NCBI GenBank assembly: GCA_964349045.1
Contig: CAYGFI010000008.1
Location: forward strand, 1,393-65,392
Reading direction: 5' to 3'
DNA: 64,000 nucleotides
Source of the DNA: an uncultured Chitinophaga sp.
GTDB taxonomy: Bacteria > Bacteroidota > Bacteroidia > Bacteroidales > GCA-2748055
Both the position numbers and the translations under genes were made by a program. Of this stretch, positions 1-8,065 are shown one piece after another. The stretch's first letter is position 1, and each line of letters begins with the position of its first letter. Below the pieces are notes generated by a model. That model searched no databases and was not told the DNA's origin. It saw nothing but the letters and a program-made list of their open reading frames with translations.

Positions 1-323
1 TCCGGGCTTTTTTCATTTTAGAATTTTGCTAACTACCTTTTAATTACCTACTCAAACGCCTATTGTATCAAGTGGTTAGGCTAATTACCTACAACCATGT
101 GGTAATTAAATATTGAGAAGCAATTGGGTTCCTGTTTAACTTCAAGTGAGAATCAAGAGTTTACGTGTATGTGCATAACTCTTTATATAGGGTCCTACGG
201 GGACTTATAAAGAAACAAGCACAAAAAACGAAAAACTTTCTGATCTAATTTTGAATTAGAAAAACAAAACGGCTACCTGGTTTCTGGCGTGGAAACTTTT
301 AACCTGGTAGCCGCCCGAATCGA

Positions 324-1601
324 ATGATCAGGACAAAGTTAATAAAAATAGCAAAGCGAATCAACCCATGTGGCGGAATCTACTTCGTCATAGATAGGGT
401 GAAAAAGATTGGCTTGTCTAAACTGATCGACCGTAGCTTTCCTGTTCGAGCCAAACAATCTAAATACAAATACAGCGATATTATTTTAGGCTGGTGCTTT
501 TCTATGATGTGCGGTGCCCAGCGCTTAGAAGACACCAAACAACTGAAAAATAATTTCATTGAAGATATTCCGGAAACAAAAATTCCTTCTCCTGATCGCA
601 TAGCATGGATCTTTAAAAAAATATCTATTCCATCTCATACCGTGCTGGGAGAGAAAGGCAGTGTAAACGAACTAAATATTAATTACCCGCTTAACCATCT
701 GCTTTTAAAATGCGCTGAAAAAATGAATTTTATTTCATCTGGGGTTGATTATACTCTTGACTATGATACTACACTTATTGCTACAAAGAAATTTGATAGT
801 AAAACCACTTACGAGCATTTTAAAGGATATAACCCCGGCGTGGCCTTTATTGGTAAAACACCAGTGTACATTGAAGGGCGCAATGGTAATACTTCGCCCT
901 CTTTTCAATTGCAGGAAAGTGTAATGAATGCGCTTGATCTACTGAAAGAAAAAGGAATTTCAATAAAACGTTTCCGCTGCGATGGAGCCGGATATCAGTT
1001 TGATTTGATGAAGGAATTATGTGAAAGAAATATTGAATTTTTTATCCGTGCCCGCAACTCTCATTTCTTGCTTGATGAAATTACACCACTCACATTATGG
1101 ACCGATGTAGAATTAAACGGCTACCGTTACCAGGTTGCAACAATAAGAACTCGTTTGTATAAAGGCGGGCCAATCTTTCGCGCTATTGTAAGCAGAAACA
1201 TTGATATTCCCTCTGACAAACTGAAAGATTATGTAGAAGAAGAATTTAATTGCAGGATTCTTATTACGAATAACACTTCAATGACTGCAGAAGAAGTTTT
1301 TAGGTTTTATAATCAGCGCGGATCTATTGAAAATAATTTTGCAAATCTTAAAAATGATTTCAACTGGAAGCGTTTACCTTTTTCATTCCTGCATGAGAAT
1401 ACTGTATTTATGATCTTGAGTGCAATTGCATACATGATATACCAGTACATTTTAAAAACGTTCAGCCAGAAAATAAATTTTGTAAATCAAAAAATGGAGC
1501 TTAAAAATTTCATCTTTCATTTTATTTCGGTTGCCTTAGAATGGGTAAAGGAGGGCCCTATAATTTACACCGACAAAAGCTATGAAAAGCTCTTGGAATA
1601 G
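324..1601 (+). CDS. DDE transposase, IS4/IS1380-like
   Basis: 425-aa ORF. C-terminal YNQRGSIENNFANLK fits the Y-x2-R-x3-E-x6-K signature of IS4-type DDE transposases. Plus-strand gene at the edge of a minus-strand array. IS termini not identified. Confidence 0.85.
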   Translation: MIRTKLIKIAKRINPCGGIYFVIDRVKKIGLSKLIDRSFPVRAKQSKYKYSDIILGWCFSMMCGAQRLEDTKQLKNNFIEDIPETKIPSPDRIAWIFKKISIPSHTVLGEKGSVNELNINYPLNHLLLKCAEKMNFISSGVDYTLDYDTTLIATKKFDSKTTYEHFKGYNPGVAFIGKTPVYIEGRNGNTSPSFQLQESVMNALDLLKEKGISIKRFRCDGAGYQFDLMKELCERNIEFFIRARNSHFLLDEITPLTLWTDVELNGYRYQVATIRTRLYKGGPIFRAIVSRNIDIPSDKLKDYVEEEFNCRILITNNTSMTAEEVFRFYNQRGSIENNFANLKNDFNWKRLPFSFLHENTVFMILSAIAYMIYQYILKTFSQKINFVNQKMELKNFIFHFISVALEWVKEGPIIYTDKSYEKLLE

Positions 1602-1681
1602 GGGAGAAATTGTTAATTTAGTATTGGGTAAAAAATTGAAGGGATTTTACAAAACCAATTGTAGGGTTTTGTAAAGGATTA

Positions 1682-1828
1682 ATGAATACCAATCAACAAG
1701 TCCAGTATAATGCCGCGCATGAGATGCGCCTTATATTGGCCGAACAGCGAGCGTTTATGCAAGGTGCTTATTTGGGAATATCCCTAATGGCATTTGTAAT
1801 GACGTTAGCTATCGCTAAAAGGAGGTAG
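1682..1828 (+). CDS. small hydrophobic protein (48 aa), uncertain
   Basis: ATG..TAG ORF with a hydrophobic C-terminal half (GAYLGISLMAFVMTLAIA), followed directly by a hairpin terminator. Below the ORF-track size cut-off. Confidence 0.3.
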   Translation: MNTNQQVQYNAAHEMRLILAEQRAFMQGAYLGISLMAFVMTLAIAKRR

Positions 1829-1841
1829 CTTTCGCTATTTT

Positions 1842-1872
1842 AATCCCGGCTCCAACCGGGATTTCCTTTTTT
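1842..1872 (+). terminator. rho-independent terminator
   Basis: aatcccgg-ctccaa-ccgggatt hairpin followed by tcctttttt. Confidence 0.6.
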
Positions 1873-1938
1873 GTAAAATCCCCTCAATTTTTTCAAACAA
1901 CTATACCAAAGTTAGTGAATAAACAAATCCGTTGAAAA

Positions 1939-2061
1939 TTATTTAACTTTGACAACCGCGGATTTTAGATTTACTTGTTTCTGATTTTTTTCAAAAAAGA
2001 AATATACATTACTTATAATAGCAATGATTCCGTACCAGTAAAATAATTCCAATGCTGTCAT
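1939..2061 (-). CDS. small membrane peptide (40 aa), uncertain
   Basis: ATG 3 nt after the stop of 2065-2376. MTALELFYWYGIIAIISNVYFFF is one hydrophobic segment. Below the ORF-track cut-off. Confidence 0.3.
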   Translation of the reverse strand: MTALELFYWYGIIAIISNVYFFFEKNQKQVNLKSAVVKVK

Positions 2062-2064
2062 ATT

Positions 2065-2376
2065 TTACCCTCCCGTAATGTGGCGTATGAATGATTCCTG
2101 TTTAACCGAAACTGCAACAAATTGAATTTCCGGATTAGTGTTTGCTTTCATCAGCCGCTTTATAACTAAATAACTCAGCGAAAAACTAAATGCAGTCGCC
2201 TGTTCAAAATCTACCCACGATTCTCTGCAGCCGGTAAAATTTAGATATTTCTTTGCAACAACTTCTGCAACAATTGGAGGTGTAGGGTTATCCGTTGGTT
2301 TAACTATAATGGCTTCGATATAATAACAATCTGTTATTATATCAATACCTTCATCTATAAAAGAAAAAACAGACAT
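2065..2376 (-). CDS. hypothetical protein
   Basis: Minus-strand ORF in the co-directional array. Start overlaps the stop of the upstream gene by 1 nt. Confidence 0.6.
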   Translation of the reverse strand: MSVFSFIDEGIDIITDCYYIEAIIVKPTDNPTPPIVAEVVAKKYLNFTGCRESWVDFEQATAFSFSLSYLVIKRLMKANTNPEIQFVAVSVKQESFIRHITGG

Positions 2377-2702
2377 TATTTTTTTTGTTTTTTTTCGCTA
2401 CGTAACCTTAATTCTTCCTGCAAAATTGCATCTGCCCTAGACTGCCATTTTTCATACTGTATTTGCTTTTCGCTTGTAACCTGGGCGCTGGCCTCTAAAA
2501 AAGAAACTCTGGAATTTAAAACTTTTTCTTTTTCAACTCTCTCTGTTTTAATGGAGGCAATTTCAGTTTTTATTTCTGAAACCCATGTGCTGGCTTTCCA
2601 TAAAACCCCAATTACTGTCACACACAAAGCGACAAGTCCGCAGATCACTTTTACAACGTCTGTTGCAGGAAATGTTATATCTGACCACTTAACCTTTACC
2701 AT
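2376..2702 (-). CDS. membrane protein, N-terminal TM plus coiled coil
   Basis: VVKVICGLVALCVTVIGVLW hydrophobic segment followed by a charged heptad-like tail. Confidence 0.65.
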   Translation of the reverse strand: MVKVKWSDITFPATDVVKVICGLVALCVTVIGVLWKASTWVSEIKTEIASIKTERVEKEKVLNSRVSFLEASAQVTSEKQIQYEKWQSRADAILQEELRLRSEKKQKK

Positions 2703-2709
2703 AAAAAAA

Positions 2710-3279
2710 TTATTGATCTTCGAAATTTACTTGCATCATTACTTCTTCCGATAAAATGTCTTTTCCCCAATCAAGTTCTCTGTCCTGACTTAAATTTAGG
2801 AAAAGAACAGGATATGGTTTTAATGGGCTCAAAGTTTTATTTTCTAATTCGTCACACTGAACCATAACTACAACTGAGCTCATTTCTACATTGCTTTTTT
2901 CGGCAAGAACCTTAAAAACAACCGGTAGGAAAAGTTGGGCCAATGCCTCTTTTCCGCCATAATCAAGTGGAGAATCTAATAGATCCAAAATTGTAACCCT
3001 GGAATGAATTTTCCCATTTGCTTCTTCTGTGCAATTGCTAGGAAGTGGTTTGCCGGTAGCTTTATCTTTTAGGTAGATCATGTAAAGTGGCACAATACTG
3101 TAACCCACGTTTCCTTCTGCATCTGTAACCGGTTCATTATGTTCATCCAATAAGGGCGCTTCATACATACTTATGGCAATCCTTATTTCATTAAATGGTA
3201 CTTTGAGTTTTTCCGCGTAATTTACAATACCGCTCCTGAAAATTCTTTTGATTTGCATTATTGCTACTGAGTTGAACAT
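2710..3279 (-). CDS. hypothetical protein
   Basis: 189-aa ORF in the packed minus-strand array. No motif recognised. Confidence 0.65.
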   Translation of the reverse strand: MFNSVAIMQIKRIFRSGIVNYAEKLKVPFNEIRIAISMYEAPLLDEHNEPVTDAEGNVGYSIVPLYMIYLKDKATGKPLPSNCTEEANGKIHSRVTILDLLDSPLDYGGKEALAQLFLPVVFKVLAEKSNVEMSSVVVMVQCDELENKTLSPLKPYPVLFLNLSQDRELDWGKDILSEEVMMQVNFEDQ

Positions 3280-3316
3280 GGGATAATTTTTTTGGTTTTC
3301 ACAAATTTAGCAAAAA

Positions 3317-3856
3317 TCAAATACATGGAACTGACTGAGCGGACGGATCTCCCATAAGTTCCCCTATGGTTGTTTCGATATTAATAGGAAAGTTTTTGAT
3401 GGATAAGCCACCAGCGCTGGCGGTAATATTTCCGATAAACGCGAGTTTTACGTTCCGCTGATCAAGCAAAAGACCGCTTATTGTGTCCCAACTGGCAGCG
3501 TTTTTGAGGGTATTTTTCGGGGAAAGGTCAACTGTAAAAGATAAAGCGCCAAAATTTTCGGCTAGAAGAACTGCAGGCTTATATTTATCCGGGGTATGCA
3601 CCTGGGCAACCCATTTTTTGTTGAGATAAATATCAATAACATACTTTGTAATAGTAAGATCGATTTTGCTCTTATTTTTTATAGCCAGGTCAGCTGTGAA
3701 AGCAATCCTTTTCGTGTTAAGCTCAATTATTTGGTAACTGGAAATACGGTAGCAATAATCCATGAGTAACTTAGCCTGGTTGCGGAAATGGCGAAAAAGG
3801 ACAACGCCCGCTATCCCAATCCCAACCAATCCTACTATTGCTAATGCCTTTTTCAC
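3317..3856 (-). CDS. N-terminally anchored membrane protein
   Basis: MKKALAIVGLVGIGIAGVVLF anchor followed by a beta-rich domain. 4-nt overlap with the upstream gene. Confidence 0.65.
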   Translation of the reverse strand: MKKALAIVGLVGIGIAGVVLFRHFRNQAKLLMDYCYRISSYQIIELNTKRIAFTADLAIKNKSKIDLTITKYVIDIYLNKKWVAQVHTPDKYKPAVLLAENFGALSFTVDLSPKNTLKNAASWDTISGLLLDQRNVKLAFIGNITASAGGLSIKNFPINIETTIGELMGDPSAQSVPCI

Positions 3857-4359
3857 GCTGCTTTATTTCTTGATCTTACAATTAACGCCGTTATTCCGGC
3901 TGCAACCGCAAGCCCTACTACTGAAAAGCCAATTATTTTACCAATTGAACTAGACTTTGATGCGGAACTTGGTAAAGATAAGTCAACTTTTGAAGAGTTG
4001 TTTGTCTTTACCTTAGTTTTGTCAAATGCTGCCTTTGGATTTGTACCCCTAGGTTTACCGGGTGTTTCTTCTTCCGGTTCTTCTTCTACCATTTCTTCAC
4101 CACCACCATTTTTACAGGCAAGCCAGCCATCAATAGCGGCTTTTTGCTCTGCTCTTTTAGCGGCCTGCTCACGATTTTTTTTACAACAAGGTTTATCAGT
4201 GTTTGTGCTTTTTGAGCAATCCCAAATGCACGGAAAGTTTGGGTATCTGATATCTGATGGAATAGGTCGGATTCCACAGTCCCCGCCAAGATTATGGAAG
4301 ATATTCAAATGTTCCCAACCATTGTTCATTTCTGGATAAATTGGTGCTGGCTTTGGCAT
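3853..4359 (-). CDS. tail-anchored, Cys-rich membrane protein
   Basis: C-terminal IIGFSVVGLAVAAGITALIV followed by RSRNKAA. Contains FHNLGGDCGIRPIP, a motif shared with 4372-4956 and 15038-15949. Confidence 0.65.
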   Translation of the reverse strand: MPKPAPIYPEMNNGWEHLNIFHNLGGDCGIRPIPSDIRYPNFPCIWDCSKSTNTDKPCCKKNREQAAKRAEQKAAIDGWLACKNGGGEEMVEEEPEEETPGKPRGTNPKAAFDKTKVKTNNSSKVDLSLPSSASKSSSIGKIIGFSVVGLAVAAGITALIVRSRNKAA

Positions 4360-4371
4360 AATGATTTTGTC

Positions 4372-4956
4372 TTAAGCGGGTTTTGAGCCCTTTTTACGAA
4401 GTTTCACCACTAACAATACAACTACACCCACAAATGCTAATCCTGCTACAGAGATCCCTACAATAGTGCCTATGCCTGGTCCACTTCTCACTGGGGCAGG
4501 GGCAGAAGCCTGATCAATTATAAGTTTGTTTAATTCCGCATCGGTTTTTTTTGCATCAATTTTTTGCTCCTTTTTTAGCAACTTCAAATCCTGAGCCTTT
4601 TTATGGCATTCTTCCCACTGTCTCAGGCGTTCTTTCTGCTTTTTGGTCAAAGGAATGAGCGGTTTTAAACCGCAAGGGCCAATCATGTTATTAAACCCAT
4701 CCACAGAGTTGTAATTTTCATTCCAGCTCGGATCTCCGTTTGCTGATCGCATACCGGAAACTTTAACGGCTTCTGTCCGAAGATATACACCGGGCTGAAC
4801 TTCTACGAGATTTATCCCGTTGATTTTTGTCGAAGGTCCCTCTATTTTTTGCCCAGCAAAAAAAGTAAGGTCCGGATCTGGCCTTAAAATACCTCCGTTT
4901 AACAGCGGAAAGAAGATCAACGGAATTGTGTCTGATTTAACTTCAAAATTATTCAT
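4372..4956 (-). CDS. tail-anchored membrane protein with VDGFNN motif
   Basis: C-terminal IVGISVAGLAFVGVVVLLVV followed by a basic tail. Contains SVDGFNNMIGPCGLKPLIP. Confidence 0.65.
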   Translation of the reverse strand: MNNFEVKSDTIPLIFFPLLNGGILRPDPDLTFFAGQKIEGPSTKINGINLVEVQPGVYLRTEAVKVSGMRSANGDPSWNENYNSVDGFNNMIGPCGLKPLIPLTKKQKERLRQWEECHKKAQDLKLLKKEQKIDAKKTDAELNKLIIDQASAPAPVRSGPGIGTIVGISVAGLAFVGVVVLLVVKLRKKGSKPA

Positions 4957-5026
4957 ATCGAAAAAGTTTTAAACCCAAGAGCTATTTTACGGCTCCTGGG
5001 CTTTGTTAATTAAAAAATACTACAAC

Positions 5027-5773
5027 TTAAAGAGTTGGCCAATTTGCTACTTCCGCAAAGATTGTTGCTGAACCAGCAGAATAATCTTGAGGATTATTCC
5101 CACCGCCACCAAAAGTTAAATTGACAAATGCATCTTGCACCACTTTCCAGTCTACACCACCACCTGTGCCGGTTTGTTTACCAAGGTCCATCTGGGTTCC
5201 AGATGCGCTGGCAAGATCAACCTGAGTGGCAGCTGTGTTTGACCCAAAATTAATTGCTCCAAAAAGTGCAGTTCTTGTTACGCTTTCAAAAGCAGTTGTT
5301 AATTTAACGAAAACGCGCTTTACGTATTTACCGGCTGGCTTTGTTGCGGCAAAAGTAAAAGCAACTGCAGCGGCAGCGGCAGCGGCATTTAATGTTTCGA
5401 ATGTAATTGTTCCAAGAGTTACAATTGAGCTGTTTGCATCAGCATTCACGTTTTGACCCATCCATTGAACTTCTGTTACGATCTGAAGCTCAATAACGCC
5501 TTTGTTTACATTAATCAATGCAGTGGTAGCTGTATTAATGGTGTCTGCTGCATCCGCATTAACCGTAATGTTATTTGTAGCTGCCAATCCTTCTTCATCA
5601 ACGATAAAGATTTTCAGGTTTTTGAACCCGCCTAACCCAGCAATTGCCGGAAGGTTAATAATTACTGGTGCGGTTGTATCGCATTGAAGATATACTTCGT
5701 TGCTTACAACTTGTTTTGTGTTGGTAAGCATCTCAGCTGTGAGATTGAACGTACCGGTTACTCTGATTTCCAT
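5027..5773 (-). CDS. spike/fibre protein (short paralog)
   Basis: N-terminal ~90 aa is similar to that of 5804-7483 (LP.I..L.GF.NLKIFI.DE.G.AATN.I....ADTIN). The rest is Ala/Gly/Thr-rich and beta-like. Confidence 0.6.
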   Translation of the reverse strand: MEIRVTGTFNLTAEMLTNTKQVVSNEVYLQCDTTAPVIINLPAIAGLGGFKNLKIFIVDEEGLAATNNITVNADAADTINTATTALINVNKGVIELQIVTEVQWMGQNVNADANSSIVTLGTITFETLNAAAAAAAVAFTFAATKPAGKYVKRVFVKLTTAFESVTRTALFGAINFGSNTAATQVDLASASGTQMDLGKQTGTGGGVDWKVVQDAFVNLTFGGGGNNPQDYSAGSATIFAEVANWPTL

Positions 5774-5803
5774 ACTTGTTTTTTTTGTTTTTTGGTTTTA
5801 CGT

Positions 5804-7483
5804 TTAATTAAAATTGTTAATTGTTATTGTGGGATCAAACACAAAAGAAGTTCCTACAATTGTATTTGTAATGTTTGCATCTTTATCAAGATTTGCGCTT
5901 ACACCACCTGTAAGAATTCGGATATTTTGAGCGCCGGATAATCCCTGAATACTTGTAGCTGCAACGTTTGAATTTTTATTGTCAATTATTACATCGCTCA
6001 TTTGAAGCACTCCCCCGTCTATACCTACTACCGTGGTCGCAATAAGTCCGCCAATGTCAAAAATATTTATAATCTGTGTGTTATAAACATAAAGATTTCC
6101 ATCGTTATCATCAGTTCCAAGAGTTACGAATCCAACCTCTATTGCATCCCTACTGCAATTTGCCTGAATAACAGAATTGTTTACTGTGACAAATGAACTA
6201 GAGTTGTTAACCGAAATTAAAGACCTTGTATTTGTAACTGAGGAAATGTTTGCTTCTATAAACGCCTGGTTCGGACTTACACTTGGAAACCCACTGTTTC
6301 CATAAGTTTTTACTGCCCATACAGCCGTACTGAGTATATTGATTCTTCCCTTAAAATCTATATAACCTCCATTAAATAATAAAATAGCGCTGGCTAAATT
6401 AGTATATACAAAACCTTCCGGTATGATAATTTCTCCTACGACAAACACCTTAGATCCGTCGCAACCCGATAAGGTTATTGCGCCGGCAGTATCGTCTGGG
6501 TTTGATGTTAGTTGTTTAAAGTTTATTACGGAAGTTCCGTCTGTGCAACTATCAAACATAAATGCTCCAAGGCGCTCTGTATTTGTGTTATTAATAATTG
6601 CAATATTTGCATTTATAATTCCCGTTCCAGAAACCAACGCGATTAAATTCAAGCTGTTTGTGCTTTTATTTGCACGTATATTTATTTGCCCAACAGAACA
6701 AACGAAAGTGTTTGAAGAACTGGTTGTGTCTTCATCATATTCAAGATTAAAAATGGAAAAAGAATTGCAATTCACAATACCACCAACAACCCCGGAAAAA
6801 ACATTTATTCTGGCCGCACCTGTCATATTGACAACAAAACCACCCGCAACATCATCAAAAAGAAATCCTGCCAGAAGGTTTATTACAACTCCTGCAGGTG
6901 CAAAAATATTTAATCTAAATAACCCAACAGTTAAATCAACGAGTAGCTCAGTTGGGGTATAAATACCCGCAGAAATACAAATAAGATCATTATCAGTTGT
7001 AGCCGCTGCAATTGCTGCATTGATGGTGGCAAAAGGTTTATCAATCCTACCCCGAATACCAGTTAAATCATTTCCGTTTATAGCAACGTAAATATTTCCG
7101 CTTAAATCTGCAATTGCTGCAGACGCAGCTGGTGGCGATCCAACTTGTAGGCTTGCGGCCCAGGCAGTTTTTGAGGCAATATAAATGGAGAGTTCTGCGC
7201 CATTGGTTGAAACAGCCAAAGAAGCTCCGTTATTAATTGTGTCTGCGCCCCCGCTAAAAATGTTTATAGCATTAGTAGCGGCGGTTCCCGCTTCATCAAT
7301 GATAAAAATCTTTAAATTTAAAAACCCGGCTAATTCTGAAATTTCAGGGAGCTGAATATTAATAACACCTAACGTAGAATCGCAGATCAAACGTATTTCA
7401 TCATTAACTACATACTTGTAATTAAGGTCCGCGGCCAGGTTATAATTCCCGGCGGTTAATTGCTTATAGTTAATTTGTGACAT
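5804..7483 (-). CDS. spike protein, beta-helix-like
   Basis: 559 aa. Shares its N-terminal domain with 5027-5773, then has a long Asn/Gly/Ile/Thr-rich repetitive region typical of parallel beta-helix spikes (inference). Confidence 0.6.
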   Translation of the reverse strand: MSQINYKQLTAGNYNLAADLNYKYVVNDEIRLICDSTLGVINIQLPEISELAGFLNLKIFIIDEAGTAATNAINIFSGGADTINNGASLAVSTNGAELSIYIASKTAWAASLQVGSPPAASAAIADLSGNIYVAINGNDLTGIRGRIDKPFATINAAIAAATTDNDLICISAGIYTPTELLVDLTVGLFRLNIFAPAGVVINLLAGFLFDDVAGGFVVNMTGAARINVFSGVVGGIVNCNSFSIFNLEYDEDTTSSSNTFVCSVGQINIRANKSTNSLNLIALVSGTGIINANIAIINNTNTERLGAFMFDSCTDGTSVINFKQLTSNPDDTAGAITLSGCDGSKVFVVGEIIIPEGFVYTNLASAILLFNGGYIDFKGRINILSTAVWAVKTYGNSGFPSVSPNQAFIEANISSVTNTRSLISVNNSSSFVTVNNSVIQANCSRDAIEVGFVTLGTDDNDGNLYVYNTQIINIFDIGGLIATTVVGIDGGVLQMSDVIIDNKNSNVAATSIQGLSGAQNIRILTGGVSANLDKDANITNTIVGTSFVFDPTITINNFN

Positions 7484-7502
7484 AATTTTTTTTTTATAGT
7501 AT

Positions 7503-7799
7503 TTACTTTAAACTGTTTATGTAATCTTCCATTTCCAAAAGGTGCTTATGACTCGTTGGAAATGGGAAAGCTGAAATAGCATTTTTTATTACTGCTACTT
7601 CCATATCTTCAAGTTGAACTTTATCTGATTTTTTATCAAACTTATCCATTATCTTCATGCGCTCTCTCATTTGAGCAATTGTCATTCCTGTTTGCGGAGC
7701 TGAACCTAAACAGACTTTAATTATATCTGAATATTTCATATTACTTCCATCCGGTCTGCCAGTAGGAATTTCTGTTTTTTTATCTACGAATTGTATCAT
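7503..7799 (-). CDS. hypothetical protein
   Basis: 98-aa ORF between the spike and fibre genes. Confidence 0.55.
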   Translation of the reverse strand: MIQFVDKKTEIPTGRPDGSNMKYSDIIKVCLGSAPQTGMTIAQMRERMKIMDKFDKKSDKVQLEDMEVAVIKNAISAFPFPTSHKHLLEMEDYINSLK

Positions 7800-7823
7800 A
7801 TTTGTTGGTTTTATTGGTTAATA

Positions 7824-8060
7824 TTATACTGGTGGGTAATTATCTGAAACCCAATTATTAACTCCATCTTTTATAAGAGTAGATAGTTGATCATAACTAT
7901 CAAAATTTTTCACAGTAACCTCAATACCTGAGTTTGTTTGTACAATGCCGTGTGTGTCCCCAGTAATACTGACATTAATATCAGTTACTATCCTGACTTC
8001 TTTAAGAATATCATCTAAGACCAATCCTTTTACTGCATAACTTGATAAATAGTAGGTCAT
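7824..8060 (-). CDS. hypothetical protein
   Basis: 78-aa ORF directly downstream of the fibre gene. Confidence 0.5.
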   Translation of the reverse strand: MTYYLSSYAVKGLVLDDILKEVRIVTDINVSITGDTHGIVQTNSGIEVTVKNFDSYDQLSTLIKDGVNNWVSDNYPPV

Positions 8061-8065
8061 GATTT

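Larger units (their letters stand above)
1631..1892. repeat. 24-bp inverted repeat pair bracketing a small ORF and a terminator
   Basis: aaaaattgaagggattttacaaaa (1631-1654) versus the reverse complement of ttttgtaaaatcccctcaattttt (1869-1892): 23/24 match. Confidence 0.7.

Noticed and set aside
100-1700. Terminal inverted repeats and target-site duplication of the IS
   Set aside because: Only weak, gapped similarities were found by eye (for example caattgg.tt near 121 and 1655, ctttaNaNa..cctac near 181-204 and 1660-1676). That is not enough to define the IS ends.
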